A stretch of DNA of 64,000 nt from Histomonas meleagridis 2922-C6/04-290x. Its lineage: Eukaryota; Protista; Parabasalia. Shown one piece after another: positions 12,801 through 25,336 of the stretch. Each line of letters starts with the position of its first letter. The stretch's first letter is position 1. Under the pieces are notes generated by a model, which did not search any database, was not told the DNA's origin, and worked only from the letters and a program-made list of their open reading frames with translations. The stretch covers positions 372,001 to 436,000 of the forward strand of contig JAANOX010000126.1 in NCBI GenBank assembly GCA_020184695.1. Reading direction: 5' to 3'. The position numbers were made by a program, and so were the translations under genes.

Positions 12801-14702
12801 TTGAAGTTACATTTTTACCAATAGTAACTACTTCTAAATTTAAACATTGATAAAATGCATAATTTCCAATAGAAGTAACTAAATCTGGAATTGTAATATT
12901 TATCAATTCAGAACATTGATAAAATGCAGAATCACCAATTGAAGAAACTAAATCTGGAATTGAAATATTTATTAATTTGGAACATTGATAAAATGCAGAA
13001 TCACCAATTGAAGTTACACTTTTACCTATGATAGCTACTTCTAAGTTAGAACATCCTTGGAATGCATAATTTCCAATTGAAGTAACTAAATCTGGTATTG
13101 TAATATTTATTAATTTGGAACATTCATAAAACATATTAATGTCAATTAAAGTTACACTTTTACCTATGATAGCTACTTCCAAATTAGAACATTGATAAAA
13201 TGCATAATATCCAATTGAGGTAACTAAGTCTGGTATTGTAATATTTGTTAATGATGAACATTGATAAAATATTGAATAACCAATTTTTTCTACATTAGGC
13301 CCAATAATTGCTATTTTGAGATTAGAACATTGATAAAATACATAAGAACCAATTGAAGTTACACTTTTACCTATGATAGCTACTTCTAAATTAGAACATG
13401 AATGGAATGCATAATTTCCAATTGAAGTAACTAAATCTGGTATTGTAATATTTGTTAATGATGTTGATAAAATGTATAAGATCCAATTTTTGGTACATTT
13501 TCTCCAATAATTGCTATTTTGAGATTAGAACATTGATAAAACATGTAATCACCAATTGAATTAACCAAATCTGGAATTGTAATATTTACTAATTTAGAAC
13601 ATTGATAAAATATATAAGATCCAATTGAAGTCACATTTTTACCAATAATAGTTATTTCTAGGTTAGAACATTGATAAAATACATAAGAACCAATGAATTT
13701 AACTAAGTCTGGAATTGTAATATTCACTAATTTAGAACATTGGTAAAATGCGTAATCCCCAATTGAAGTTACTAAGTCTGGAATTGTAATATTCACTAAT
13801 TTAGAACATTGGTAAAATGCGTAATTTCCAATTGAAGTAACTAAATCTGGTATTATAATATTTGTCAATGATGTACAATGATAAAATGCACCATCTCCAA
13901 TTTTTATAACTGTATTCGGTATTTCAAATGATACATCTTTAATTGTTTCTGGATAAAAAATAATTGCTTTATAATCTTTATCGTAAAGAACTTTATTATT
14001 TTCAGTAGAAAAATAATTATTTTCTTCAGATACTTCAATATATTGAAGTTTAGAGCATCCAATAAATACCAATGTTCCGATTGATGTGACTGAGTTTGGA
14101 ATTGTAATATTTGTTAATGATGAACAATTATAAAAAGCACAATCTTCAATTGTTGTAACTGTTTTTGGTATTTCAAATATTGCATTAGATTTCCCTTCTG
14201 GATGAGAAATAAGTTTTGTACAATCTTTATTATAAAGAATTCCTTCATTGCTACAATAATTATTGTTTTCAGTAGACACAGTAATAGTTTTGAGTTTCGA
14301 GCAACCAATAAATACAGCTTTCCCAATTGAATTTACTGATTTTGGAATATTAAAACTTGTTAGTGATGTACATCCATAAAATGCACAATTTTCAATAGTT
14401 GTTATAGTATCTCCTAAGGTAACTGTATTCAATAAAGGGCATGAACTAAATGCATATTCTCCAATTTTAGTAACAGAATCACTAATTTCAACAGTAAGTA
14501 ATGAATTCCATGAAGAAAATGAGCTGCTAGCTAAAACTTCAACTCCTCCATTAATAATGAGGTACTTAGCATTCTTGTATAAGTCCCTTGTTTTATAATA
14601 AGTGGATGAAGAAATTTCAAGTGTTTTTGTAATTATATTGTATAATTCAAATGAATGAGCAAAAAAAATAATAAATAAAAAGAGTGGAATCTTGTGTTTC
14701 AT
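9802..14702 (-). CDS. BspA-like (LRR_5) type I surface protein, split by one frameshift near 13460
   Basis: Signal-like MKHKIPLFLFIIFFAHS at 14702, dozens of TpLRR repeats (IGxxAFxxCSxLxxITIPxxVT), Ser/Thr stalk, TM helix, acidic tail EDPFAIDFKE. The first frame stops at 13455 (FYQHH*); the second frame is open from about 13460 to 9802. Possible pseudogene or assembly error. Confidence 0.9.
10330..10610 (-). repeat. 18-nt coding repeat (TFTKSN-like hexapeptide stalk) in BspA gene
   Basis: Translation FTQSNTFTKSKIFTKSNTFTKSKAFTKSN... Confidence 0.9.
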
Positions 14703-16003
14703 TTTGTTTATTTTAAGATGAAGATGGATGAATTTGACTGAAAATAATTTTGTTTCAGAAAAAATTAAAGAAAAAACAATAAAAAAAGAGATTATTACTA
14801 TGACAATTATAAGTGGAAACGAGGGGACATATGAAAACAAATGAACACTATGACCTAGCAATATTGAATATTTGCTTTGAATTACATCATCTGAGAATAT
14901 TTTTCTGTCAATAGAAAATCGTATATTAATTCTGAATAAATATTGCTCAATTGCATGAATATTAAATTGAATGTCGTTTGGAAATAAATAAGGTGGATGA
15001 GGGTTAGATAAAGACTTATTTGATTGTGAATTGATATGAGATATGAAATTTTGTTCGAAAACATCTTTTTTTACGTGTGCCTGAATAAGGCTAGTGTATT
15101 TCATATTATGTACATTCACAATAAGCAAAATGAATAAAGAGTGCATGCCAATGCAACTTGTTTCTGGAAGATATGACACTATTTGAATTTCAGCGCAAAG
15201 GGTTAAAACAATTCAAAAAGTTATTCAAGTTGTAAACTTTGAAAATTTAATTAAATTAATTAATTTTTGAGTCAATTTGCCAAAATTCGATCAACACAAA
15301 ATTCAAAGCAATCAAATTTTCAGTGAACTGTACCGCTTTTGTATACAAAACGACACAATTGAGGGAGCTTTGGCAAAACAACAGCTGTTTTCAGAGAGAA
15401 AAACGGTTGATTATTAAAACAATGGAAAGGCCTAAACCACTAGAAAAATTCTGTAAATAATTTAGGATTCACTATTCACATATTCCTGCGAGAGAACAGT
15501 CGTATACTTGTGGATGTTTCTCATGAGAATCAATTTTGTAAATCTTCAAAAATCAAATGAAAATACAAACAAAAAAGTCAGATAAAAAACTCTTCCTTTC
15601 GAGGGACAAATTGATTTTTTACGTGAATCATTTATGACGTCAGTGGTTTCAGCATTAATTGAATAAACTTTGTTTCAGTCTTTTACAATTTCATTTTTAT
15701 ATCTGGATAGTCTGCTGGCATTTAGGCTTGGAGTAACCATTTTTTCAATGAATCTTTTGATACTTTTGACTTCAATTTAATTTGAAATATCGAAAATTAA
15801 ATAGGGTTTTCACATACCTTCTGAATAAAATTTCATGCGCTAACCTTCAAAGTAAAATGATTTGGCATTATATTTAAGTGTTTTACATAATAATCATGCT
15901 ATCTTTTATAAAAGATAAAAATGAACGCATTATCGAAAAGTGACGTTGGTACTTTGAACTTTTAGAGTACTTTACATGTAAAAAGCTTTTTTGTAAAACT
16001 ACC

Positions 16004-18157
16004 ATGAAAACAACAATAAATCAAGAAGAAAAAATAGAAGATAGAATTATTAGAGAAGCTACAGAAGATGCTATAAATTCAGCATTTAAATTTGTTCGAA
16101 ATAAACTCACAAGTACTTCAGATTTAGAATCCTTAGAACTTATCAAGCAATCAGCCTATGTAAAACACCAAGATAAAATTTCCTTTCTTAAAGCCCGTGT
16201 TCAAGCTTATGTAGGTAATATTAAATTAGGCATTGAAGATTTAGAAGCATCAACATCACAATTAGGCAGGTTACTTTGTGACATTAACGATATGGAGACA
16301 CAAAGCAATGAAATTTCTACGTTTGAACTCAGCGAGCAATTTTCCACATTTCATGATCTTGGAATCATCTGGGATAATCTTAATCAAATCAACACACTTA
16401 ACAAACAGTTTGAAGAAGCCGATCGTTACATCGATGCTATCAAGCGTTTTTTTGAATCCAATCCCAAAGGTTTTTCAATTCAATGTTTTCAAACCATTCA
16501 ATCACTTCTTCATTTTGAATCCGAGATCACGCAACAACTTCTTGACAAAGAAGATAAGATCAAAAAGTCCACCAACAACTCCATATACTCGGATAGCCCC
16601 AACAAAGACAAATCAGACAGAGCCCTCAATTTCTTAACGTACAAATTCCAGCCGATACACGAAGCAAAAGCTCAATTGATCGAGAATGTTCATGAGCTAT
16701 TTACACATGCTTTTACCGGCGATAATAAAATTGACACAGATTCTTTAGTACGTGCTGTTTGGATTCTAATTGCGAATGGAGAAAAAAATCGTTTAATTGA
16801 ATGTATTCATTCAGCGATTTGCAGTCAATTTAAGCCAATGATGGTTGATCCCAAAGAAGAAAACCTAAATCTTTACCTTAAACAACTTAATGATATCATT
16901 GATAGTTTACCACAACAAATCGAGACTATGATGCCAGCATTACCACCCGAGATCAACTTGTTTGAGCTTGTTGGTAACTATGTTAATGATCAAATTGTTG
17001 ATGTTTTAGATACATTTATCAATGTTTTCAAACCTTCATCATTCCTCACCATATCGCTTATCAAAGCCATGAAAGACATCCAGTGTACTCTCAGAGCCCT
17101 TTTAGGCATTAATACAGGCGAGCGCTTTACGCAACTTATTATGAATTTGCAAGCCGGCTTTGAACAAACGGTCATCGACGATTACACCGGATTTTTAAGT
17201 CGTATCATTGACATGGACATTAACTCAGTTTCTGAGAAACGGAATGGAATCTATTACACGCCAGCTCCATTAGACTTAATTCGCAGATTAGAAGACGCGT
17301 ATGACTTTGTTAAGACGTCAGAGTTAAATATATTACCATCGATACGTGTTCGGCTTGTACAGATCTTAATTAATAAGTTATATGATTTAGGCGGCGGATT
17401 AGAGTATGTTAATGACCGAAAGTATTTAATTGCTGTGTGTAATAACTCTTATGATGGGAAAAACACTATAATGCAAATATCGAAAGATAATCCCGAAATA
17501 ATCGAACCGAATGAAACAAAGCAATTAATGCAAGCGTGGGTATTCATCATGAAGAAAGGGTTAACTAATTTATTCGATTGTTTATATAAAAATATAATCG
17601 GAGAAGACCCAAAGTTTAAAGATGACTTCGAAAACAAAATCGATGAAATTAGAGATTATTTAAGTGATGCTCAAAACCATTTATTAGAGCCTTTATTTGT
17701 GAAATTCTTTAGTAACTTTTGTAAAAATATTGTGCCGCATTACATATGCTCATATTTCATTAAGCCTGAAGAAGCTAAAGAAACAGCGCTGTTTCAGGAT
17801 AAAATTAAACAAGAATGCGGTTTATTCATTGAATTGTTTAACGACTTCGATATGGATAACGTTAAGACTATTGTAAACAAAAGTGTCAAGACGATAGAGG
17901 CATTCAGTGATTTTATGACTGCACCTTTTCATGAAAGTATTCATATCACTTACATGGTAATAGCAAAGGACTTCACAGATTTTACTCCTGAAATTGCTGG
18001 CATTTTGTTGAAAACAAGACCAGACGCTTCAAAACAATCAATGAGCGTGGACGAATGTATTAAAAGTTTCACTGCGATGTACGCAAATGTAGAACAAAAG
18101 GCTGACGATCATATATTTACAGACGCGAAAAAGCCTGAAAAGAAATTCTTTAAATAA
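16004..18157 (+). CDS. SEC6: Exocyst component Sec6/EXOC3-like
   Basis: 717 aa, predicted helical. N-terminus EATEDAINSAFKFV..LTSTSDLESLE..FLKARVQAYVGNIKLGIEDL resembles Sec6 AREAAV..QL..V..LKAAIQSQLDGVRTGLSQL. Confidence 0.65.
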   Translation: MKTTINQEEKIEDRIIREATEDAINSAFKFVRNKLTSTSDLESLELIKQSAYVKHQDKISFLKARVQAYVGNIKLGIEDLEASTSQLGRLLCDINDMETQSNEISTFELSEQFSTFHDLGIIWDNLNQINTLNKQFEEADRYIDAIKRFFESNPKGFSIQCFQTIQSLLHFESEITQQLLDKEDKIKKSTNNSIYSDSPNKDKSDRALNFLTYKFQPIHEAKAQLIENVHELFTHAFTGDNKIDTDSLVRAVWILIANGEKNRLIECIHSAICSQFKPMMVDPKEENLNLYLKQLNDIIDSLPQQIETMMPALPPEINLFELVGNYVNDQIVDVLDTFINVFKPSSFLTISLIKAMKDIQCTLRALLGINTGERFTQLIMNLQAGFEQTVIDDYTGFLSRIIDMDINSVSEKRNGIYYTPAPLDLIRRLEDAYDFVKTSELNILPSIRVRLVQILINKLYDLGGGLEYVNDRKYLIAVCNNSYDGKNTIMQISKDNPEIIEPNETKQLMQAWVFIMKKGLTNLFDCLYKNIIGEDPKFKDDFENKIDEIRDYLSDAQNHLLEPLFVKFFSNFCKNIVPHYICSYFIKPEEAKETALFQDKIKQECGLFIELFNDFDMDNVKTIVNKSVKTIEAFSDFMTAPFHESIHITYMVIAKDFTDFTPEIAGILLKTRPDASKQSMSVDECIKSFTAMYANVEQKADDHIFTDAKKPEKKFFK

Positions 18158-18622
18158 AAATTTTCGTAATTTTGTTATTAAATATTTTTTTAAAAAAACT
18201 TTTTTCATAAAATGATATTTTCTGTTTATGTAAATGTAGAGGAAAAAAGTTTTTAAAGGCATTTTTTGATCCATTAAAGACATTTAATAAAAAAAAATTA
18301 TAGATACCTTTAAAATAGCACATGCTATAAATATTATGTGTTTAAATTTGATTTTCACATTTTAAAAAGGTTGTCTTTTTCCATATATTTATGTTTACAT
18401 ATGATAAAATATGCAAAAATATATTATTTTATTCCAAAGTTTTCATATTTATATTCATCATATTCATCAAAAAATCATCAAAGAAACTACACCATGAAAT
18501 AACCTCATTAAAAGTGAAAATATTTTACTAAAATAATGTTCGAACAATTGTTTTTAATATTTGATATATTATCAAACTTATTTATTCTTTCTCTAGTTTT
18601 GTTTTTTTATTTCAAATTTTCT

Positions 18623-21156
18623 TTATTGAGTTTCAATTCCATTTTTCTGGAGAAGTAACTGCACAATTTCATTGTGATTATTACCTCTTGCCCAATTAAG
18701 TGCTGATGAAAATATATATATATAAATTCCAAATATTTTCTTGAAAAGCTAAATTGTTTATAAGAATGTTCAATAAAATATAAAAACATCAGTAGCATTC
18801 AAATCAATTCCATTTTGATTTATAAGTAATTCAACATTTTCTTTATTACTATTTTGAGAAGCCCATATTAGAGCAGTTTTAATATTTTGAATAAAATTCC
18901 AATAAATTTATTTAAATTTTAAATTCTTCAAATAAAATTTATTAAAAGTATATAAAAATCCTTAAAATTAATATCAGTCTTTTCATATTCAAGAAGTAAA
19001 CTAACTGTTTCTTTATTACCATAAAGTGATCCCCAAATAAGCGCTGTAAAAAATATTTTAAATAATTACCAAATATTATTTCATAACATCAAAAATCATA
19101 AAAATACTTTGAAAAAAACTAACATAAATCAGAAGAATTCACATCAATATCTTTATTTTCAAGTAGTAATTTTACTATTTGATAACATCCTTTTTCTGAT
19201 GCAATCATTAATGCTGTTTTGTTAACAATAAATTAATACCAAATTATATTTTTAAACATCTAATGTTTGAAATAAATATTAAATAAGATAAAATGTCATC
19301 TTTTGCATTAATTTCAATTTCTTTTTTATTAATAAGTAAATTAACAATTTCTATGCTACATATCTCAGATGCTATCATTAATGCTGTAATATGTTTTTTA
19401 AATAAATACCAAATAATATTTTAAAGTTCTAAATAAAGTAAATAAAATTTAAATAAAATAAACTTGCATCTTTTGCATTTATATCTATATTTTTTTGATT
19501 AAGAAGAATTTTAACAATTTCTTTTTCTTTGTTTTGTATTGTATTCATAAGTACTGTTTTAAATAATTTATAAAATTTCCGAATATTACTTTAAAATATC
19601 AAATTATTAAAAACAATTTTATATAAAACAAAAAAATAGTTTTAGAATTAATATCAATTCCATCTTGTTCAAGAAGTAATTTAACTAAATCTACATTACC
19701 ATTTATAGATGCCACTGTTAAAACTGTTTTAAATTTATTGAAGAAATTTCATATTTTATTATGAAACATTAAAATATTAAAATAATTCATGAATAAAACA
19801 AACAAATTTTATCTTTTTCATTAATTTTTATTCCTTTTTGTTCAAGTAATAATTTAACAACATGAATATCATTATTTTGATATGCCAATATAAGTGGTGT
19901 TTCAAATTAAATGAAAAAATTCCAAAAATGTTTAAGAAAAATAAAATTTTAATAATACATATCAAAAAAATCATATAAATATCAGGCGCATTAATATCAA
20001 TTCCTTTTTGATCAAGAAAATATTTAATTAGTTCAATATTTCCTGATTTTATTGATGCAGATAAAATATATTTAGGAATTTGATTTCTTTCCAGAAAATA
20101 TTTTACAAGAAAAATGTTTCCACTTTTAGCTGCTTCATAAATAATTAAATCATTTATAATCATTCCATTTTCTTCTAAGTAATAAAGAATTTCGAAATTA
20201 TTGTTTTTAATGCATTTTATACCTAAATCAATTAAACTTTTTAATTTTCCAATTTTATTTTCAAAAAGATAATGAAAGACTTTATTCTGATGAAACTTAA
20301 TTGCAATTTCATATGATCTTTCAAATGATGAATGATATTGTTCACAATAGTGAATTATTTCAAGATTTCCACCAGCAATAGAATATGGACCAGAGTTTTT
20401 TAAGTTTGAGCCATTTAAAAAAAAATATTTAAAACATTTAATGGAACCAAAAAATGCTGCATAGTCAATAAGTGAAACATTATCCTGATTAATAAAAGAA
20501 CATTTTTCATATAAAGAAGGTTTAATTAATTGATTAAAATCAAATTCATTTTGTGCTGTAATTTCTTGAAGTGAATCTAAATCATCATTACGAATAATTT
20601 TTGTAATTTCATTTGGATTTACTCCTTCATAAAGATATTTTTTATGAAGTTTCCAATTATCTGCTGATAATTCTTTAATGTTTTTATTAAAATCATCAAA
20701 AAATGGATCAATGAATTTAAACCTTTTATAATTTTTTATGCAATGTGCAAAAAGCAAAGTATTTTGGTATTGTAATAACATATCATCAATTAAATTTTGT
20801 TTAGCTAGCCAACCTAAGATAAAATATATTTCATTAGACCTTGCAATAAAAATTGTATGTAGAAATTGATCAATGATATTTGGAATGTTATTATTTTTTT
20901 CTTTTTCTTTTATTTCTAATGCTTTTAAAAAATTATAATATATATCAAATTTTTTTTGTTTAGAAACATATAACGAAAAAATAAGTCGACATATGATTTC
21001 ATTAAATGAGAATGATAAATCAGGATCAAAAAAATTCAAAATTAATTCAATTGTATTTTGAATGTTTTTTTCATTTACATTCCAAATATAATCATGAAGG
21101 TTTATTAGAAATTCGATGTTTTGTTTCTCCTCTTTTAAGCAGCTGCTGTCTCCCAT
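18623..21156 (-). CDS. DUF3447-type plus ankyrin-repeat gene A: 8 hairpins each interrupted by four spacers (31 of 17 nt, one of 18 nt)
   Basis: N-terminal region open from ATG 21156 (LIDYAAFFGSIKCFKYF, AGGNLEIIH). From 19980 down, 31-codon ankyrin segments alternate with 77-nt blocks at about 170-nt period. De-spaced hairpins read DDYGETPL, DKMNEKTVL, TKDGKTVL, DKRGITAL, DNDGKTAL, DKDGFTAL, DKKGKTAL, DNSGSSAL. Stop at 18623-18625. Confidence 0.85.
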
Positions 21157-21325
21157 TAACACTATTTGATAACTTTACACTCAAAGCGTCATAGCACTTT
21201 TTCAAGTTAACTATTTTATTGGTTTAAAACCGTTACACAAAGAATTTTGTTCGTTCTTAATTGAATATGTATCGTAAAGTCAAATTGACTATTTTGAATG
21301 GTTAACATCAAATTTTCGAACCGAA

Positions 21326-21910
21326 ATGTTAAGCATTCTTCTTTCGTTTGCTTGCTGCCTTTCAGGCAAGGTCAACATCGGCGCCTTAAATGTACGTAGT
21401 CAACCAACTAAGGTATCTAAGAAGATTGGTTTAGTTTATAAGAATCAAGAACTTGAAATTTTGGAAACAATAGGTCAATGGTACAAGATTAAATTTGAAG
21501 ATGGCGAAGGCTATGTAGCTCGTATGTATGTCACTGTAGGAAAGCCAAGACCAACATCAAACGGAACTGGCGATTCAATCGTTGCTAAAGCAAGATCCAA
21601 GCTCGGCTGCAAATACGTCTATGGTGCAACAGGTCCAAACACCTTTGATTGCTCTGGTTTAACACAATGGTGCCATAAGCAAGTCGGAATCTCAATCCCA
21701 AGAACAGCCAGCCAACAATCTCAACAAGGAACAAAGGTTTCACAAGCAAACCTTAAGCCTGGTGATGTTTGCTGCTTCTATAGCCCAGTTTCACATGTCG
21801 GTATTTATATCGGTAATGGAAACTGCATTCACGCTCCAAAGCCAGGTGATGTTGTAAAGACAACTGGAATCAAGTACATGAACTTCCAATTCGGCCGTCG
21901 TTACTGGTAA
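21326..21910 (+). CDS. SH3b plus NlpC/P60 peptidoglycan endopeptidase
   Basis: Signal peptide, ALNVRSQP..GQWYKIKF SH3b, YVYGATGPNTFDCSGLT (catalytic Cys), SHVGIYIG, CIHA. Confidence 0.95.
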   Translation: MLSILLSFACCLSGKVNIGALNVRSQPTKVSKKIGLVYKNQELEILETIGQWYKIKFEDGEGYVARMYVTVGKPRPTSNGTGDSIVAKARSKLGCKYVYGATGPNTFDCSGLTQWCHKQVGISIPRTASQQSQQGTKVSQANLKPGDVCCFYSPVSHVGIYIGNGNCIHAPKPGDVVKTTGIKYMNFQFGRRYW

Positions 21911-22400
21911 AGTAAAGAGATATCTCTGAATTAATTTTTATTTCTTCAATAAAATTAAGTTTGTTATTGAAAAATACCACAGAACGGACAAACTTGTTGA
22001 TTTTTAGTAAAATTTTCTTATATAAGATTTGAAATTTAATTTTTTTAAAAAATACCCAAATAAACCTGGAAATAATTGTTAAGCAGAAGTAGGAAATCCT
22101 TATTACCATTTTTTAGTTCAATTTTTTAGCGAAATTAATTTTCAAATGTAATAGAAAGAGCATGAATTTTTAAAGTCAACGCGGGAAGTATTGACAATAA
22201 ATTATTACAAAAAGATAAAAATCGATATTCAATCAATATCAAAATTTTAAGTCGTTTTAAAATTGCAATTCTAGTTACATTGAAACTTGGCATAATGAAT
22301 GTTAAGTTATGGTAGCTATTTAAAGGCATTTTGAAAATTCAAAATTTGATAATTCGAATTGTGGTTTTATTGTTACCATTTAGAAATAATTATAGTTCGT

Positions 22401-22586
22401 TTAAACACCGTATTCAAGATCAGTCCTACTGTATTCTTTTGGAGGCTCTTGAACGATTTGTTGTTGCTGCGAATATGATGGAACATCTGTGAAAATTCCA
22501 TAACCAAGGCAGCTTTCCTTTTGTTCGTATGATGGAGCATCAACTGGGTTTAGCCTACGTTGTTCACTTGTGCTTACTTCGGACAT
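22401..22586 (-). CDS. Small hypothetical protein (61 aa)
   Basis: ATG-initiated and richer in GC than its flanks, with natural composition. No recognisable family. Confidence 0.4.
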   Translation of the reverse strand: MSEVSTSEQRRLNPVDAPSYEQKESCLGYGIFTDVPSYSQQQQIVQEPPKEYSRTDLEYGV

Positions 22587-23260
22587 AAGAAAGAAGTGAA
22601 GAGACTACTAGAAAAATTTCAGTTAGAAATGTGGTTTTATTAAAAATTGGTTTTTCTTATTTTTATGTTGATATTCATTTAATTATTTCTAAATAATAAT
22701 AATTTATTATTTATTAATCATAAATATACAATTTAAAACCAAAAATTTAAATTTTTAATGAAATATTAATGCATAAGTAAAAGGATGTTAAACCAAAGAT
22801 CCGTTTGATATATTGAAATATTTGAATACCGATTCAACTGATGTTCAACTTCTGGCCATGCAGGCCGTTAACGCATTCAATTCCGACCAGTCATCTCCAA
22901 CCTTCCATAACTGTTGTTTAATGTGAATCTTAACTCATGAAGGCCTTTATAACAGAATTTCTATAAAAAACATTGTACGTGGAAGTGAACCAAAAATCTT
23001 AAAGATATCTCCATATGTTTAAATAAAAAAAAATTAAATTCTCACTAGAAGATATATTATAATTTTTAAACTACTGCTCAACCAAACAATAAATGACATT
23101 TATTTACTTATATTAGTCTTAAACAATGTTTTATATTTAATTGATACTAAAATTATTTTTTTCTTGATCCAAATCATTTTCATCCAAACTGTAAATTCTT
23201 CTTTAACAAACACTTTAAACAAAAGAAAACAATAAACATATTAAATTTGTTTATAATTTG

Positions 23261-25162
23261 TTAACTATCAAATACATTATCTTCAAGCATGATTCCGTTA
23301 ATCTCCTTCAGGTCCTCTTTGTTACGGCGGCACATAAATGCGACAACTATACCGCTGACAATGAGCACGACCAAAATTAGTGCAACAGAAATATAAACAG
23401 CGACCGATCCAACACTTGATTTCTCAGATGTCTGTTGTGTTGTAACATCAACAGTTGTTTCTTCCTCAGATGTCTCTTCTTCTTGTGTTTGTTGAGATGA
23501 AACTTCTGATGAAATTTCGGTTATAATTTCAGAGGAAACTTCGGTTATAATTTCAGAAGATATTTCGGTTATAATTTCAGAGGAAACTTCGGTTATAATT
23601 TCAGAAGATATTTCGGTTGTAATTTCTGATGAAACTTCGGTTGTAATTTCAGAAGATATTTCGGTTGTAATTTCTGATGAAACTTCGGTTGTAATTTCAG
23701 AGGAAATTTCGGTTTTGATTTCTGATGTTGTTTCTTCAGATGAAACAACTGTTGTAGCCTCAGATGAAACTATAGTTGTGGCTTCAGACGAAATTTCAGA
23801 CGTTGTTTCGATCTCAGGTATATACGCCTCGAATCCTAAGCATGTGAAATTTTGTGTTTCATGACAAGTTCGTCGGAATACAATTTGCGAATCATTTACA
23901 AATGGCAACTCTCCGACGTCTAATAGCGACTCAAATGATTCACATTTAAGTGACTTCACACAGAACACATTTGATGAGATTGAACTATTAAACTGTTCTA
24001 ATTCACCGCTATGTATTAATTTAATTAAAGATGGATGATTACTTTCATCAATAATCGTCTCAGTTAAATTAATTAAAGGCACATTGTCTGTTCGATAACT
24101 TATATCGATATTTGAATCTGGTAAAAATGAGACTTTACCAAGTTCATTTGATGCAATATTGCTAAGCATGCTCATAGACATATTGCAATTAACTTCAATT
24201 TCATTTGTAAATTGAAGTTGAATATTTTCTGATTGAAATTCATTGAGCGTCACTTTTCCACCGTTAAGTGTCACTTTTGAAAGTAAATTGCACTTTTTGA
24301 TCGTTGCGGAATTTGTTCCATATGTAAACATTGTGTTATCATTGGTTAATTGAAGAGTGCTTCCATTGGGCATGTCATATAAAAGAAGTTCTGCTTCAAC
24401 GTTTTCTTTGAACTCAATGTCAAATGTATGGTCTGGAATTCCACCTAATTCAATTGATTCAAGTGGTTCAGTGGTTATTTGTAAAGAACTAAGATATGAT
24501 ATTGGTGAATGAATTGATTTGTCAACATTAATTTTGCCAGTGCCAGGTGAAAGAATTGATTTATCATTTAAATAAAGTTCATGTAAATTTAAAACGTTAT
24601 AGCTAATGATGTTTTCTTTTTCAGAACGAATTGATAAACTAGAGAGACCATACTCAGTAGATTCTGTTGAAATTTTGATCGAGCCATTTCCATATGATTG
24701 GAGAGCAATTGGCATATTACCAGTAATACCAGTGGCAGTAAAATCTGATGGTGTTAAAACAACGAAAATGAGGTCATCAAATGAAATTTGATTCCAATAT
24801 TCATCTGAAAACGAAATAGTTGTAGGCTTGCTAAGATTGCATACAATTGGTGTGAACTCTTTAGGATCATCTTCAAAATAAATATCAAAACTTTGTGAGC
24901 TTTGCTCAATTTGCCTAAGTAAAATTCCGCTTTTAATTATTCCAGAAAAAGTAATTGGACCACTTCCTTCAATTCCTAGTTCAATTTTATTTTGCCCAAA
25001 AGTAATATTTTTTAAATTCGAAGGGATATTAAAATACGCTTCTGGATTTATTTCATCAATAAGACTATTTGCATTTTTTATGTTGCTTGAAGTGTCCTTT
25101 GAGTTTTCAAGGCTATTTTGGCGAGGTAAAAAAGCAGAGAAGCAAAAAAGATCAAAAAGCAT
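23261..25162 (-). CDS. Hypothetical type I membrane protein with mucin-like Ser/Thr/Glu stalk
   Basis: Likely start MLFDLFCFSAF (25162), EITTEISS repeats, TM helix VAVYISVALILVVLIVSGIVVAFMC followed by RR. Confidence 0.8.
   Translation of the reverse strand: MLFDLFCFSAFLPRQNSLENSKDTSSNIKNANSLIDEINPEAYFNIPSNLKNITFGQNKIELGIEGSGPITFSGIIKSGILLRQIEQSSQSFDIYFEDDPKEFTPIVCNLSKPTTISFSDEYWNQISFDDLIFVVLTPSDFTATGITGNMPIALQSYGNGSIKISTESTEYGLSSLSIRSEKENIISYNVLNLHELYLNDKSILSPGTGKINVDKSIHSPISYLSSLQITTEPLESIELGGIPDHTFDIEFKENVEAELLLYDMPNGSTLQLTNDNTMFTYGTNSATIKKCNLLSKVTLNGGKVTLNEFQSENIQLQFTNEIEVNCNMSMSMLSNIASNELGKVSFLPDSNIDISYRTDNVPLINLTETIIDESNHPSLIKLIHSGELEQFNSSISSNVFCVKSLKCESFESLLDVGELPFVNDSQIVFRRTCHETQNFTCLGFEAYIPEIETTSEISSEATTIVSSEATTVVSSEETTSEIKTEISSEITTEVSSEITTEISSEITTEVSSEITTEISSEIITEVSSEIITEISSEIITEVSSEIITEISSEVSSQQTQEEETSEEETTVDVTTQQTSEKSSVGSVAVYISVALILVVLIVSGIVVAFMCRRNKEDLKEINGIMLEDNVFDS
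23510..23720 (-). repeat. 24-nt coding repeat (EITTE[IV]SS octapeptide)
   Basis: Alternating GAAACTTCGGTT(A/G)TAATTTC and GATATTTCGGTT(A/G)TAATTTC units. Confidence 0.9.
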
Positions 25163-25336
25163 TTGACATATGCCAGAATTTCTATACTTTATATAAATAA
25201 ACAAGAAATACCTATCGTATCTTTACAACGAATGACTTTTTGTGATTAATATAATCGTAGTAATACAAATTCAGAATTTTACACTGTGCAGTCATCGTAA
25301 AATTGAATAGTTTATATGTGATGGTAGACTTCAATT

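Noticed and set aside
14703-15179. N-terminal extension of ORF 13455-15179
   Set aside because: Probably upstream open frame; the signal-peptide-like start at 14702 is more plausible.
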